Shown: positions 41,098 to 53,910, counted from the whole stretch's first letter. The stretch is 53,910 nucleotides of DNA, filler included, from Sluysia triapertura (GCA_046118255.1; 4 parts of 4 records of this genome joined end to end with filler, not necessarily neighbours in it), one strand, 5' to 3'. Notes: generated by a model not told the origin, from the letters alone. Translations and numbers: made by a program.

Positions 41098-41297
41098 CAA
41101 TGTTTAAATTTAATTCAAGTCGATCTTATGTCTCATTTTATAAGTCAAATTACTGAAAATATTTAAATTCAAATTAAAATAGTTTATAATTTTATTCTAT
41201 ATAAATCGTGAAGATTAGTTGACAGAGGTGGAAGTTCAAAATTACTTAAATTACCAAAGTATACTTATTAAAATACAAAATTTAATTTCCGTTTGAT

Positions 41298-41440
41298 CAG
41301 TGGTTCTCACAACCTTTTTCTTATTAACGAAACACTAATATAACAATAAGATAAATTTAAAAGAACTTCAATTGTTTAATTGATTGATGAAACGTATACT
41401 AAAACAGTCGACTAGTACAGGCGTGCGCAAACTTTTAACT
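41298..41440 (+). mobile_element. Two orphan hAT-like termini before a gap
   Basis: CAGTGGTTCTCAC..AACCTTTTT (41298) and CAGGCGTGCGCAAACTTT (41418) resemble Charlie-type TIRs. Partner ends not visible. Confidence 0.4.
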
Positions 41441-43959
41441 TCATCCCCATTTCAACAAATTTATTTTTGGCACCCCCAACTTAATAAAAATTCATAACGC
41501 CATTATAAAAAAACTTCATAAATAAAATAAACACCTTTTTAATAACAAAATGTATTTTTCTGTTTCTTATAAATTAAATANNNNNNNNNNNNNNNNNNNN
41601 NNNNNNNNNNNNNNNNNNNNNNNNTTAATTAATTAANNNNNNNNNNNNNNNNNNNNNNNNNNNNNNNNNNNNNNNNNNNNATTAAAAAACTATATGCTAT
41701 ACATTAAAAATCCTAAAAGACCTATTCTATTTATACAAAAGATTTTAAATAACATTAATAGAGTTGGGTAACCGGTCATACAGAAGACAACGTCACTGTC
41801 ACTGTACCCTACAACTTAATGGTTAGTTGATGTTTATTTTTACATATTAAGTTATTTTTATTTTCGTGTGATGAAAATATTATAACTTTTATTATGATAT
41901 TGACTATAACTATAGAGTAAAGCATTGTTATCATGATGTTAAAACACATTAATTTTAATATCATCTTTTTGGATATTAAGTAATGTTTCTATACTTTAGT
42001 ATTATTGGTACTTAATGTAAATTTTTGAGTCTTATTTTTATAATACTTACGAACTTTCTTATTCCTCATTGTTATGTTAGTAATAGGTACTATTAAATTA
42101 AATGGACTTTTAAATGGCCAGAAACATATATATTCAATATTTCATTATGGATATTAACGAATCAGATTGATAATTTATTTTAACTGCTTGTCCTGGTACT
42201 ATCAATCCATAAGTGTCTCCTTGATCAATATAATATTTGACAATGATTGAATAGTTTTCTAATGGATTTGTTATTTTAACTAGATTATGATTTCCAATTT
42301 TCGTTAATAATGGACATTTTATCATTATCTTATCAAAGAATGTATAAGGATTAGTTTGTATTCAATGATTCTATGTATATATCGTTTTATCTATTAATTC
42401 GATAGTTGCTGTAACTTTGTAAAAGTGAAATTCGAATAATTTTTCACATGTTATAATCCAGTACTTTATAGTTTTGTAAGGACTTATTGACGTATGCACT
42501 ATTTTTCCAAACAACATCGTATTGATAAGTATATTAGCTTTTTGTCTATTATTTTAATAATAGCTATTATTTCATCTGTCTTTGATTGAATTAATAACTG
42601 CATATTATTATGATAAAGCATTCTTATATTTATATTATTTTTTAGTAATTTTGATGCATGTGTCAGAAATACAAGCTAAGCAAATAAAAAAGCAAAACAG
42701 ATGATATTTGTACTCCATTATAGTGTGTATGAATTCTTGAATTAGTATTATAGTCGTAAATTGGTAGTGGCATCAATGGCGCTCCTGGTGGAACAAAGAA
42801 TTGACGATTCGTGGAACTGAGTAATGATTATTATTATTATCGACATTATTTGATGAATGTGTATTTTTGAATTTAATGGTAATAAATATACCAATCATTA
42901 GTAATGCCATTATGATTTCTATTATAAATAAAGTTTCCGCGGTTATTAGAATTGTTATTGATGGATAATTAATTTTTATTTCTTTAGAATTGCTGTCTTT
43001 TCACGTTTACCTTTAATTGCATAATGTCAGTGTTGATTAGCTTTAGCATGATTCTTTACAAACAATATTACATGTCTCTCTTCCGTAGCTATAAAATCAC
43101 TACAAATAGTTATTGGATACATAGTTTTAGGTATAGTTTGCTTATAGATTTTCCATATATTAAAATTAAATCTAGCAAGATTTACGCATATACATTTTTC
43201 AACATTTTGACCTGTATTTTTGTGTCATAATTATAAAAATCAAAATATCAGATCTATAAACTCTTTGTGATCCGTCCGTAACTGTCATTATTGGTAGCAA
43301 CATTAGTAGCATTATATCTTTTCTCATTTTTGTAGTTTTTAATTCCTTTCTACAAATAATTATGTAATAAACTGAAGATATTAAGTAAAGCAAAGTAAAT
43401 ATTGTAAGTAATATAATGAAATTGTTTTATTATTATTTCCTTCTTGCTTTATTGATATAGTAATATTTATATTAGTATTATTATTTTTTATTTCAATCAT
43501 TAATGGTGGATTACATTCTTCAATAGTAATATGATGGTGTTTAACATCTTTTTTAAACATATCTTTGAAATGTTCTATTTGCGACATTATTATGTAACGA
43601 AAGTGCCAAAATTGTTATATAATAAATTGAATGTTCGCAGTAATAAATAATATTTATTATCAAAAGTCTTTTTTATTAAGAATGGCTTTGTATAAAAAGA
43701 ATAGATGTCAAAATTATAGTTTGGAATTTCATTTTTATGTCTAATTCTATTGACCAATATCGATTAAAAATATGTTTTACAAAGAGTCCTTGTGTAATGT
43801 AAGTGTATAATAATAGCTTTGATGGATATTAGCATTATACTGTTAGTATCACTGTTACTGTGGTCATTATTATTATTGGGTTCTATTCCTGATATATTTG
43901 TTGATCCAGATGATGATATTTTAGTAGTGTCCCACCAATCGAGATTATGTTGCGCCTTT

Positions 43960-44480
43960 AGAAATTATTTTGGGTGTAAATGTTTTCTTTTGGTCTCATG
44001 ATACCAATTTGTTGTGAGACAAGGTAATGCTTACTAATTTTTAAATTATATATTATCTTATTTGTATGGAATTTTGAAAAACAATATAAATCTAATTTTA
44101 TTAATTTGTTCTTTAAATTTAAACTTTGAAAAACTTTATTAGGATACAAATTAAAATAAAACAAATAAGTTGAACATAAAATTTTATTTATAATAGTCTT
44201 TTTTGCGGTTAATTGTTGTTTTCTGTGTGTGTTTCGATCGAAGTTGTACATTCGGCTATCTAAAAAGCAAACATAATTTACAATACTATTATAGTAAGCA
44301 AGAAAAGATATTACTTTTAGAGAGTTAACAAAAGACTTATCGTTAGCGGGTACATTTGCCGATAAATTAAGGTTGTTCATTAATTCGGTAATTCTTGAAT
44401 CGCAGGCAGTGTGGTAGTAACAACAAAAACTTCCATTTTGATGCAAATGCCTTGACTCTCTGTGCCGAATAGACAAAATG
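43960..44480 (-). pseudogene. Possible decayed leucine-rich-repeat gene
   Basis: LNLSAN, SLKVISFLAYYNSI, PNKVFQSL..LIKLDL..NKI and, in another frame, ITLSHNKL resemble LxxLxLxxN repeats. A Cys-containing segment precedes them. Confidence 0.35.
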
Positions 44481-44534
44481 CTATCATATTAGGTTCGTAA
44501 GCATATAGTTTAATACAATTAATCTGGCCATAAT

Positions 44535-44770
44535 CATTGTTACATTTGATTTTGTGGTCACGATCTTTATACTCTTTTGGATCTGCGTCACTAGCTTTAT
44601 ACTCTCTAACTTCGTGGTCATAATCCTTATAAAAATTAAATCGGCACTCATTGTCTTCATACTTTTTAATTTTATGATCATAATCTTTATAATTATAGTT
44701 ATAATGTTCAACTTTATGATAGTTATCCTCATACTCTTTTACATGATCGTTATCGTCTTTATACTCTTTG
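44535..44770. repeat. Degenerate ~21-bp minisatellite, array 1
   Basis: Recurring TAATCTTTATA / ATACTCTTT / ACTTTATGAT units; the minus frame reads KEYKDD/KDYDHK heptads. Confidence 0.7.
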
Positions 44771-45249
44771 ACAAAGGTCATCAACAAATATATATTAACA
44801 AATATCACAAATTATTATGATTTTAAATTATCGACCATAATTGTTGATTTTATTATTATTGGATTTTTATTTAATGACATTGGATTTTTAAATAATTTTT
44901 ATTACTGTGAGTTTATAAATTTTATTACATTTTATTATTAATAATTTTATTTTTAAAATGTATTATTAATCTTATTTTGTTATTAATTTATTAATTTTAT
45001 TTTCAAAATTCTTAAAATATTAAATTTCGTTTTAAATTCTATTAATTTTAAAACTTCAAGGTCAGTCCACACAATAAAACTAATACTTTAAGTTTAAATC
45101 TATTGTTATGTGGGTACAAAAATTTATTTTCTGTTTGTTTTCAATCTGTGATCAATTCAAGAAGAATTCGATATTCTAGTGGACCAATTAGAAATTTATA
45201 ATTTTTTTAGTTAAGGTAGATATTATTATTTTTTTTAAGGTAGATATTT

Positions 45250-45820
45250 TTTTTTTATTAAGGGAGATATTATTATAATATCCCGTAAAAAGCACTTAAA
45301 TTCATTAATCATTAATTTTTGGATCTTATCGTAGATACCTTGTAAAATAATCTTTGTAAAATATAAAGTAAAATCAGGAATTCATAAATAATTCCTTACA
45401 GTAATATTATATTTGATATTATATTCTGATAAAATTGTAAAAGATTATTGAATTTTTGTTATAATATATTTTTGATAGCTAATTTCTTTTATTTAATAGA
45501 AGATTTTTTGACAATCCTTTTAATAGGATTTGAGTAAAATAATCATAACTAACTTCTACAAAAGTCTTTGACGATTTAGGATGCTACAAGTACAATTTAA
45601 GTGCAAATTAATTAAAGATTAGTACTTTAATAATCCTCCAGAATCAAAAACAGATTAATCTAGGAACGCTGTTGTAGAAAAGAGGAAAGACTTACCTAAG
45701 TTATTTTTTAAGAAATCTTTTGCAAAAAACCCACGGCTAGCCCCAGCTGGTAAGCCCAGTACGTTGGTGAACTCACGCAATCTAATCTTTATTTTATTCT
45801 ATACACTTTTTCTCACATCT
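45250..45820 (-). repeat. Dispersed repeat, copy B (unclassified, retroelement-like)
   Basis: Core GGTAAGCCCAGTACGTTGGTGAACTCAC; colinear with the reverse complement of 53195-53760. Confidence 0.7.
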
Positions 45821-46290
45821 TTAACTATATGGTCATATTCTTTATCATTATCATTATAATGTTGAACTTTACGATCGTTATGTTCATATTCTTTTACAAC
45901 ATCGTAATTGTCTTTATGTTCTTTAATTATATAGTTATAATCTTTATAATTATCATTATAATGTTGAACTTTATGATTGTTATGCTTGTATTCTTTTATT
46001 ATTGCCTTTATACACTTCATTTTTATTATCATAATCTTTATAATTATCATTATGATCTTCAACTTTATGATGGTTATCCTCATATTCCTTTTATGTTCAG
46101 CATTGTCTTTATACTCTTTAATTATATGGTCATGATATTTATAATTATCATTATGTTGAACTTTATGATCATCATTCTCATGTTTTTTTACATGATTTTA
46201 TAGTCATAATCTTCATAATTATCGTTACAATGTTCAATCTTTATGATAGTCATTCTCATACTCTTTTACATGACAAGCATCGTCTTTATA
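45820..46290. repeat. Degenerate ~21-bp minisatellite, array 2 (same family)
   Basis: Repeated ATAATTATCATTATAATGTTGAACTTTATGAT blocks. Confidence 0.75.
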
Positions 46291-48864
46291 ATAATTATGA
46301 ACTTGACTGTCGTTTATGAGCTTGTTTTCAACATCAATTCTTTCATGAAACTCAAGTATACTGGATATCATTATTTAATATGATTTTGTTCGTTGTTCGA
46401 AAAATAAACACAAATTAAAATTAAGATAATAATAGATGCTTTAGTGAAGACAAATTATTGTAAATTGTCGTATAATTGAAATAGCGTCAAAATTGTGCTT
46501 ACTAATTTTTGCTGTCAACTTGTTATTTAAATTGTGATTATTAATTTTTTGTTTTCAAAAATTTTAGCAGATAAAACCACATATGATTGGTCATCCAACC
46601 AAAATCGGCCAAAAGCAAACAGAGTGATAATCGATTTTGGCGGATGGCCTATAAGAGTAGATAAATCGCATTACCTAAATGATTGATGAAATCACTGTGA
46701 TGACAACCATCATCAACACTGACACGAAATTGTAAATGCAAAACAAAATTCACTGTTGATGATGGTAAAATTTAATTGGATTAAATTATATTGAAATAAT
46801 GATAATAATAACAACAAAATGTCATTATTATTATAAATCGAAAAATACATAAATTTCCTTCGAATATCTATTTATACATGATCCTGCTTTCTTTCTTTAA
46901 TCCTTCTAGACATTTTGAAATTATGGAAACGAAAAGAACTTGTGGTGTTGAGGCTTTTATTTGTATACTTAATGAATGCTATTTTAAATTAGTTTTTAAA
47001 TGTATGTTTGATGTTTTGAAAGAAAGTTATGTTTCAAGTTGAAAGTGTATTGAAGTGTAATATTTATGGTAACTTTTGGATGTTGATTAATATTTTTAAG
47101 TGGAAGTAAGAGGGATAAGTATAGGGATGCTAAATATTTAAGATGATTAGAATGTGTATGATGATTTATTTTGTATATTGTTGAAATTAAATTGTTTAAG
47201 ATGAAAGAATGCAAAAATAAAATATTTCGAATGAATTTTTAATGCACTTTGATGATTTAAAACGTTATTGTGATTTGAGTGTTATGAGTTGTCGAATGGC
47301 TTAATGTGAATTGATGTTATTCTTTGCAACGTGATTATCTGTTTGAAATATTTTGAAAAGTGAATATGTATTTTATTGTTTAGGAAGAGAAATAAGGTAT
47401 GAAAACGGTTGTGGTGAATTTTGTAAGATTGTTATATGTTGTTGAAAATATGGTTTTCGTTATGTTACATTAGTTTTAAATGGATTAAAAGGTGTGTGAT
47501 GTATATTTGAAAGTTTATGAGATTTAAATATGCTAGAATTTTTGTAAAATTCATTAAGACTAACGGGCTGGCCACCACAAAATTTTAGGTCTTTTATGAA
47601 TCTTCGCGGAAAATAAAATAAAACTTTTAAAATAAATCTCACCCCCAATCAATGAAATGAAATTGTCTTCAAATCAATCCCTAAATCTTTAATGACGATA
47701 ACAAAATTTTTTAAAAATTTGTTTTTACGTCAATTTTTATATTCATTCTTAGAGAAAGTAAAAATTCCAATTTAATTTTAAAACACTTTAAACTTTACGA
47801 TTATTAATAAACTTTGCAATAATTATTTTTTATTTATTAATTATTAATTATTATACTAAAATAAACTTCATTTACATTTAACTAATAACTAATATTGACT
47901 AATTTAATGATTGAATTAACTAATTCTTATTGACAAATGACCGATATTAATCTAAAATAAACTTTATTTACTTTGATATATAACTAATTTAATATTTAAA
48001 TTAGTAATAATTCAGTAATATTTAAATTACTGAATTAATCACTGACAGATGAATTCACGATCATGGTATACTTCAGTACTCACTAATAATTCATCGATGA
48101 AACGAAATAAACATGGTGTAATATTTTCAATTCTTGAAAACTCATGCAAATTAACCTTTCCTTTAAAGGTTTAGTTCATTTGTTACTTAAAACTTATCAC
48201 TAAAAATTTAATATCGAGAAACTATTGGTATTCATTTAATTTTCAAATTGTACTTTCAATAAAAGCAACAGTAGTGCCGAGCAATAACAAAATGTACAAC
48301 TATTAAAATTACTCTAATCAATATAAAAATATTTTTTCCAGCCATATCTGCGTTATGAATTAATAATAATATAAATTTTTTGACAAAATTTTTTAAAACA
48401 CAGCATAATTTAAAATTATAAATCAGTTAGATTTTTATCAAATTATATTTTATAGGTGACTAAAAAGTTATTTTATACTAATAAGTATAAATAATAATAA
48501 AAAATTATAGATAAATAGTAAGAAAGATAATTATTTAACCAAATGAAAATGCCTGCCATATGCAATACGCTGCATCCTGTTGATAGATTCACTGTAGTAA
48601 TGTTAGAAATACAAACAAAATAAGTATTGTAAACTAAACATTCCGATGAAAATAATCCAAGTACTTCTTAGATTGTATCAGTGTTTGTGTAAATAGTAGA
48701 TACTTGATATCTAGCGCCTTTTTGGCACCTTATTATTATTATTATTTCAGGTTTAATACAATAGTGATTAAAATGGTGACGCTGTTCATATGATAAATGT
48801 TTTTTGAAAATGTTTATATGAGGTTAAAGACTTAGATTTGAAGAGTTTGTTTCTAATTGACAAA

Positions 48865-48865
<1 letters not shown>

Positions 48866-48895
<30 letters not shown>
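48866..48895. repeat. (TG)15 microsatellite
   Basis: Read directly. Confidence 0.95.
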
Positions 48896-48900
<5 letters not shown>

Positions 48901-50650
48901 TACTTAGCATTGATTAGTAATGTAAATGTTGTATGTAAACCTTAAAATTGGTAACAACCAATTACATTTTGGTTGGATTCGATATGACATAATAAGGTTA
49001 AATATAGCCGAAGGTGATAGTAATCTCTTTATTAGAAAAAAGAAATATCTTAAGTAAATTTGATGGCAATACTACAAAGTTTTCACATGTTGAAATACTC
49101 GAAATACATGTTAATACTCGAAGAAATGGTTATTACTTCTTGAGAATGTTATATTGTAAAATTATATATATGTAAAAAAATTAATTATTGTGGTTTCGAT
49201 AACTTATAAAATTTAAAAGTGTCTATAGTGGACACGATCTCTCATAACAATCTAAATTTCTTTTACTTATATGAATTTTTATTCTTTTGTAAATAATCTA
49301 AACTTATTTTAAACAATATTAATGTAGTGGCCAACCCCTTAACTTAAAATAAGTAAAACTCATCACATAAAACAACATGCACAATCATAACACCTTTCTA
49401 ACTCACATTCAACAACGAATTAATCCATATCTTAACTCAATAAACTCTTACATTCATTTTAACAACTCAAAACACTCACTCACTAAACACCTTATCAAAA
49501 TTCACAACATCAACTCATCAAACACTCCATCAAACAAGTCAGAACCATCACATAAACCTCATAAATCATAAACACAAGAATATTCAAATCATACTTATAA
49601 CCATTTCAGAAACAACACAATTCATAACCAATGGCAAAAACATTATAGCACGTAAAAAATTATTTCGCAATCATCTAATAATCAAATCAACTTTAATCCT
49701 CTTTAACAAGCACCTTAAACCATAAACTTTTTCGAACCAAACGTCCACTACCTCTACATATTTCTTTTCATCCTTGCTTTTATTTCGCTACCATTCATAT
49801 GTAAAGATATAAAGTACAAAGACAGAAAGATCTTGTATTTTAGAAAAAAGATAAAGGTTTATGCATTATTATTATGATCATCCGTTATCATTTATTATTA
49901 TAGACTCTAATTTAAATTTTATTATTATCTCTTTTTATTATTATTATTATTATCATTATGCACTAATCCCTAATTATCTTATTATTATCACATTATTATC
50001 ATTTTACTATTATATATTTATATATTTAACTTTATCAATTTTATATTATTATTCTTATTATTACAATTATTATTATTATTACTAGTATTATTATTATTAT
50101 TCTCATCATAATCAATTATTTGCACTCTTATATTGATTCATCATGTCACAAGTAGTTATAGTGTGTCATTATACACAAATAGATTTATACTGCAGTTGCC
50201 AGAAATGTAATGTGATTCACACAATTACGTAATAATAAAACGTACCTTAACCTAATCATCAACACACCACCCAATCAGATCGATTACTATCCATTTTAAC
50301 TACAACTAATCTGATTGGGTGGATAATAAAATAGAATTGCTAATTGTTGCTTCCATTATCAATTGGCATAATCATAATTGCGATTTTATTGGCCAACAAA
50401 TCGCACTGACATAAACATGCAATGTGATATCCGAATAACTAATCAGAGTCACGGAGAGAGAGAATTAGGAGTACCTGGCTTTGTAGATAATAAAATATTG
50501 TTTGGCAGCCATATTGAATCATAGTAACTACAAAAAATAAAACACCAGTTAAATTAATAATTTCTTTGCAAATAATATTAGACAAAAAATCGAACCATTT
50601 TACATAATAATAATTTGTCTATTTTAAAAATTAAAAACAATTAAACAGCA

Positions 50651-50905
50651 ATGGATAATCCTGAAGAAATAGAAACAAATTATGATAAAGTTGCTAAAAG
50701 CTTTGATGATATGAATCTTAAAGACGATTTACTTAGAGCGATATATGTATATGGTTTTGAAAAGCCTTCGGCCATTCAACAAAGAGTTGCGTTGCCCTCT
50801 TTTGAAGGTCATGATGTTATAGCACAAGCTCAATCAGGTACTGGCAAAACTGCTACATTTAGTGTTGCTATGTTACAACTCATGACCATCTTGATATTAC
50901 ACTAA
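50651..50905 (+). pseudogene. eIF4A: 3'-truncated eIF4A (DEAD-box helicase) copy
   Basis: [29 protein letters not shown] (Q motif) and [13 protein letters not shown] (Walker A). Similarity stops at ...MLQL, followed by a stop. No splice donor there and no downstream PTRELA/DEAD exons in the remaining 3 kb. Confidence 0.75.
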
Positions 50906-51298
50906 CACAACACAAAAAGTTCACTATACGCTCTAATGGCATTGACAACCACAGCAGATTTATCAAATAATGAGACACCTAAGGTACATCAATATTATTT
51001 CCAAATATAAACAGTCAAGCAATGATTATAAATTAAAGCCATAACAATCAATTTGATTGTTCATGTTAAGCACTAGTTTTATTTTCTATGAAAAGGACTA
51101 ATATAATCAAAGTTCTTTATGTATATTAACACATTGAAGACGGTATGTGATGAAAAGTACATAGCCTGAATTCCCTCATATTTTGTTGACTTTTATATAT
51201 AAATTAAAAGTGATAATTTCGAAAACACAGTGTGTAACATTTATTAATTATAATACTTGAAATTCCAAACAACTTGAATTAAAGTCATACCTCCTTAA

Positions 51299-51545
51299 CC
51301 GTTTGAGTGCGGGAGAATTTTCTTATGCATATGCTAAAGTCTGGGATGACATGAGTAGTACTTTTTGGGGAAACAATGAAAATGGTTATGATTAACACTA
51401 ATTTTGATCAAAAATATTTTTTATTTACACTTATTACAAAAATGTTTTGCAGCACAAATTCCATGAACTCCTTTTTTACGAACAGCAGAATCTTCGCATT
51501 ATCAATACAAAACAAGAAAAACTGCGTACGACAAGCAATGCATAC
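51299..51545 (-). mobile_element. Possible piggyBac 3'-end relic
   Basis: TTAA|CCGTTTGAGTGCGG terminus next to a broken Cys-rich minus-strand frame (CIACRTQFF...GICAAKHFCNKCK*). Confidence 0.35.
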
Positions 51546-53194
51546 TTAAAGTTAAATATTACATGTTAATGAGCTTCCTATTGTTTTGATAAGTCTAGAT
51601 GAAATAACAAATTTAGTTATGATTTAATATTTTTTGAACAGCAAACTTAACTGATTTGTGTGGTACAAAATAGTCGTAAGTTGAAACTAATCATATTTGT
51701 GTTATAATTTATTTCGAACTTAATGAATGTGGTTAAAATAGATGATGTGAAGATGTAGGGTATGTTTGCGAATGTTTTTGTGGCTCCTGTATGATAAAAT
51801 TGTAAATTATATATGATGAATCACCATAAAATTCTAGCATTTTTTATTTTAATATGCTGCTGTCTTATTTCTTAATCATATCTGCTCTGGTTTGGTGAGA
51901 TTCAGACGTCTTCAGACTCGTATAGAAAAACAAAAGCAACAAAAACCAAATTTTATACTCAAGACAACATGAAAATAATGCATTTACTTTTCAATATAAA
52001 ATAACCATTTACATCTAGACATCTTTACACGCTTTTCTCGAAAAACGCTTATCCATTTATGGTCAGTTTCGATTTCAGCTTTGAAATTTTTGTGTTGAGC
52101 AAGAGAATGTAACAAACAATAGTAGGGAAATGTTTTATACATTTAAATTAATGGCTTTCTTAAAATTGTTAACTATTATGTATATTAAAAATAGAAAAAT
52201 AAAATACATAAATTTGAAGTTTAGTCAACTAATACTTTGATTATAAAGTGTTTGCATCATGAAATTGATCGTCTATGTTTCTGAAGTGGACAATTTGTGT
52301 TTTTTGTGTGTATGAATATTTTTTTATTTTGTCTTATATTAATGCTTAATTATTTGTTTCAGATTTGTATTCCTGTCAAATGTTCAATGTTAGTAATTAT
52401 TTAGTTTCTATTATCAATGTTTTAATACCATCACGCACTCAGATCAAGCTTTCTTGTGTAGACATCGAGTTCTGTTGATCACTTTTAGTAGATATGCGAT
52501 GGTTATCAACAACAAATCTTCCTGAGTCATAGGACAACTTCCTATTTTTAGAAACTTAAAGATTATCTAGCTTCTTTCACGTATAGAATTAAATTTAAGC
52601 TAGAATTAGTTGCAAAATTAAAAATATTAAAAAACAAAGCAAATAAGTTTTTGTTATGTTGAAGTTTTCGAAATTTACGGTTTGTGTGCTTTTGGATCTT
52701 TTGATGCAGAATGTTCGATACCCGATTGGTTCTTGTTTAATATCGTTTGAAACGATTTATGCTTTGGAATGAGAAATACTTGAAGGAAGATCAGTCGTAT
52801 CCGTGGAATTATAATGATCTTAAGTATCAATTGCCAATCGGTTATTATTGGTTATGGCGATAGTTCGTCAAGCACTTGACGTAATCATCTTCCTAATACA
52901 CAGATCGTTCGCAAAGTTACTTTTTTCTAATATTGTTTTTGTAATCTTTAAACAATTGTATTAACTTTATTGTCACGTTTCATGTAAAGTAATTTTAGTA
53001 CTTTCTTCGATCTTACTGCGAATTTAAGTATTAAATTTAATTGAGACATGATAGAATGAAAGTCGAAAATTTTGCCGTAATCTGTGTGGACCAAAATATT
53101 CTTTGTCAAATCTGTGAACAGACCTAATCTTCAAAAATGCTTTACAATTTGCATAAAATGGGAAATCAACTACCCCGGAACTGAAAATATGTGA

Positions 53195-53760
53195 TAAGAC
53201 ATGTGAGATAATTGAATGCGTATAGAATAAAAGTTAAATTAAAGTTGCTTGTTCACCAACGTACTTGGACTTACCGGTTAGGGCCAGCCATTGGATTTTG
53301 TAAAATGAAAGTCTCGAGAATTTAGCAAAATTTTGGGTGTTTAATTGTGTATTCTAAATCTCTGGAGGTTTATCAGATGAAATTGACAGTTTAATGAATA
53401 TTTTGCGTGAATCCTATGATAAGGATCTTTTAAAAATTAGTTACGTAGTTTAAAATTTAACTAGAGCAATCTTTATCAAGTAAGAGTTTTTTTTATTTTA
53501 AAGCTATTTAATTTAATATCAATAAAAACAATAATGATTTTTATGAAAAAACTTTATTAGACACAAAAATAAATAGGATTTTACAACTAAAATAATAATA
53601 ACAATAAAATAGTTTACAAGGAATTATTCTGTATAGTTCCAATTAATAAAATTTTATTAAAGATTTTACAAAGATCTATTACAAGTTGTAAAAACACTTC
53701 ATTAAAAGATTTTTAGTGTATTTTACACTGATATTTAATAATGTCTTTACTTAATAAAAT
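53195..53760 (+). repeat. Dispersed repeat, copy C (inverted relative to copy B)
   Basis: GTTCACCAACGTACTTGGACTTACC core preceded by TATAGAATAAAA. Blocks CTGGAGG, AAGGAATTAT and TTTTACAAAGAT are shared with copy B. Confidence 0.7.
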
Positions 53761-53910
53761 AAACTAACGTATACAAAAAATTTTGGTAGATTAATTCGTG
53801 AAATCTTTTCAAATCTTGTCCTTCAGAAAAAACCAATTTACCAAAAATATGTAAATGAATTATGTGTATATGTGATTTTTATTAGTATTTATATACTTTC
53901 ACGTATTAAC

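Noticed and set aside
44484-46203. Ile/Met-rich membrane-protein-like ORFs
   Set aside because: Alternative frames of the AT-rich minisatellite.
46996-49800. Strand-skewed C/A-rich segments (46996-47460 minus, 49350-49800 plus) as LINE remnants
   Set aside because: Only faint KYL and FN..K resemblance; not enough to call.
49861-50085. Tyr-rich ORF
   Set aside because: Degenerate (TAT)n simple repeat.

Overview
AT-rich eukaryotic (probably animal) draft-assembly DNA with few intact genes, many transposable-element relics and four gaps. Three gaps are artificial 44N-TTAATTAATTAA-44N linkers, so adjacency across them is not guaranteed. Supported genes: an intact two-exon RPS6 (42-bp intron after Met-Lys) lacking the usual C-terminal phosphoserine tail, a DUF3105-like exon, a long Gln/Ser/Thr-rich exon and a truncated eIF4A copy. 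Most striking feature: a family of ~150-bp LTRs that each contain a complete tRNA-like (Ala-type) Pol III module. It occurs as one complete 384-bp miniature LTR retrotransposon (TRIM, 38138-38521, with PBS, PPT and GTAG target-site duplication) and two solo LTRs with their own 4-bp TSDs. As I recall, this matches the described Helenus TRIM group (a tRNA counterpart of the 5S-bearing Cassandra), so it may be a new family rather than a new class. Other elements: an 806-bp solo LTR with a six-unit heat-shock element, a decayed hAT, DD39D-type mariner relics, piggyBac relics and a MITE, LINE fragments and an unclassified three-copy repeat. All calls come from reading the sequence by eye; no searches were run.
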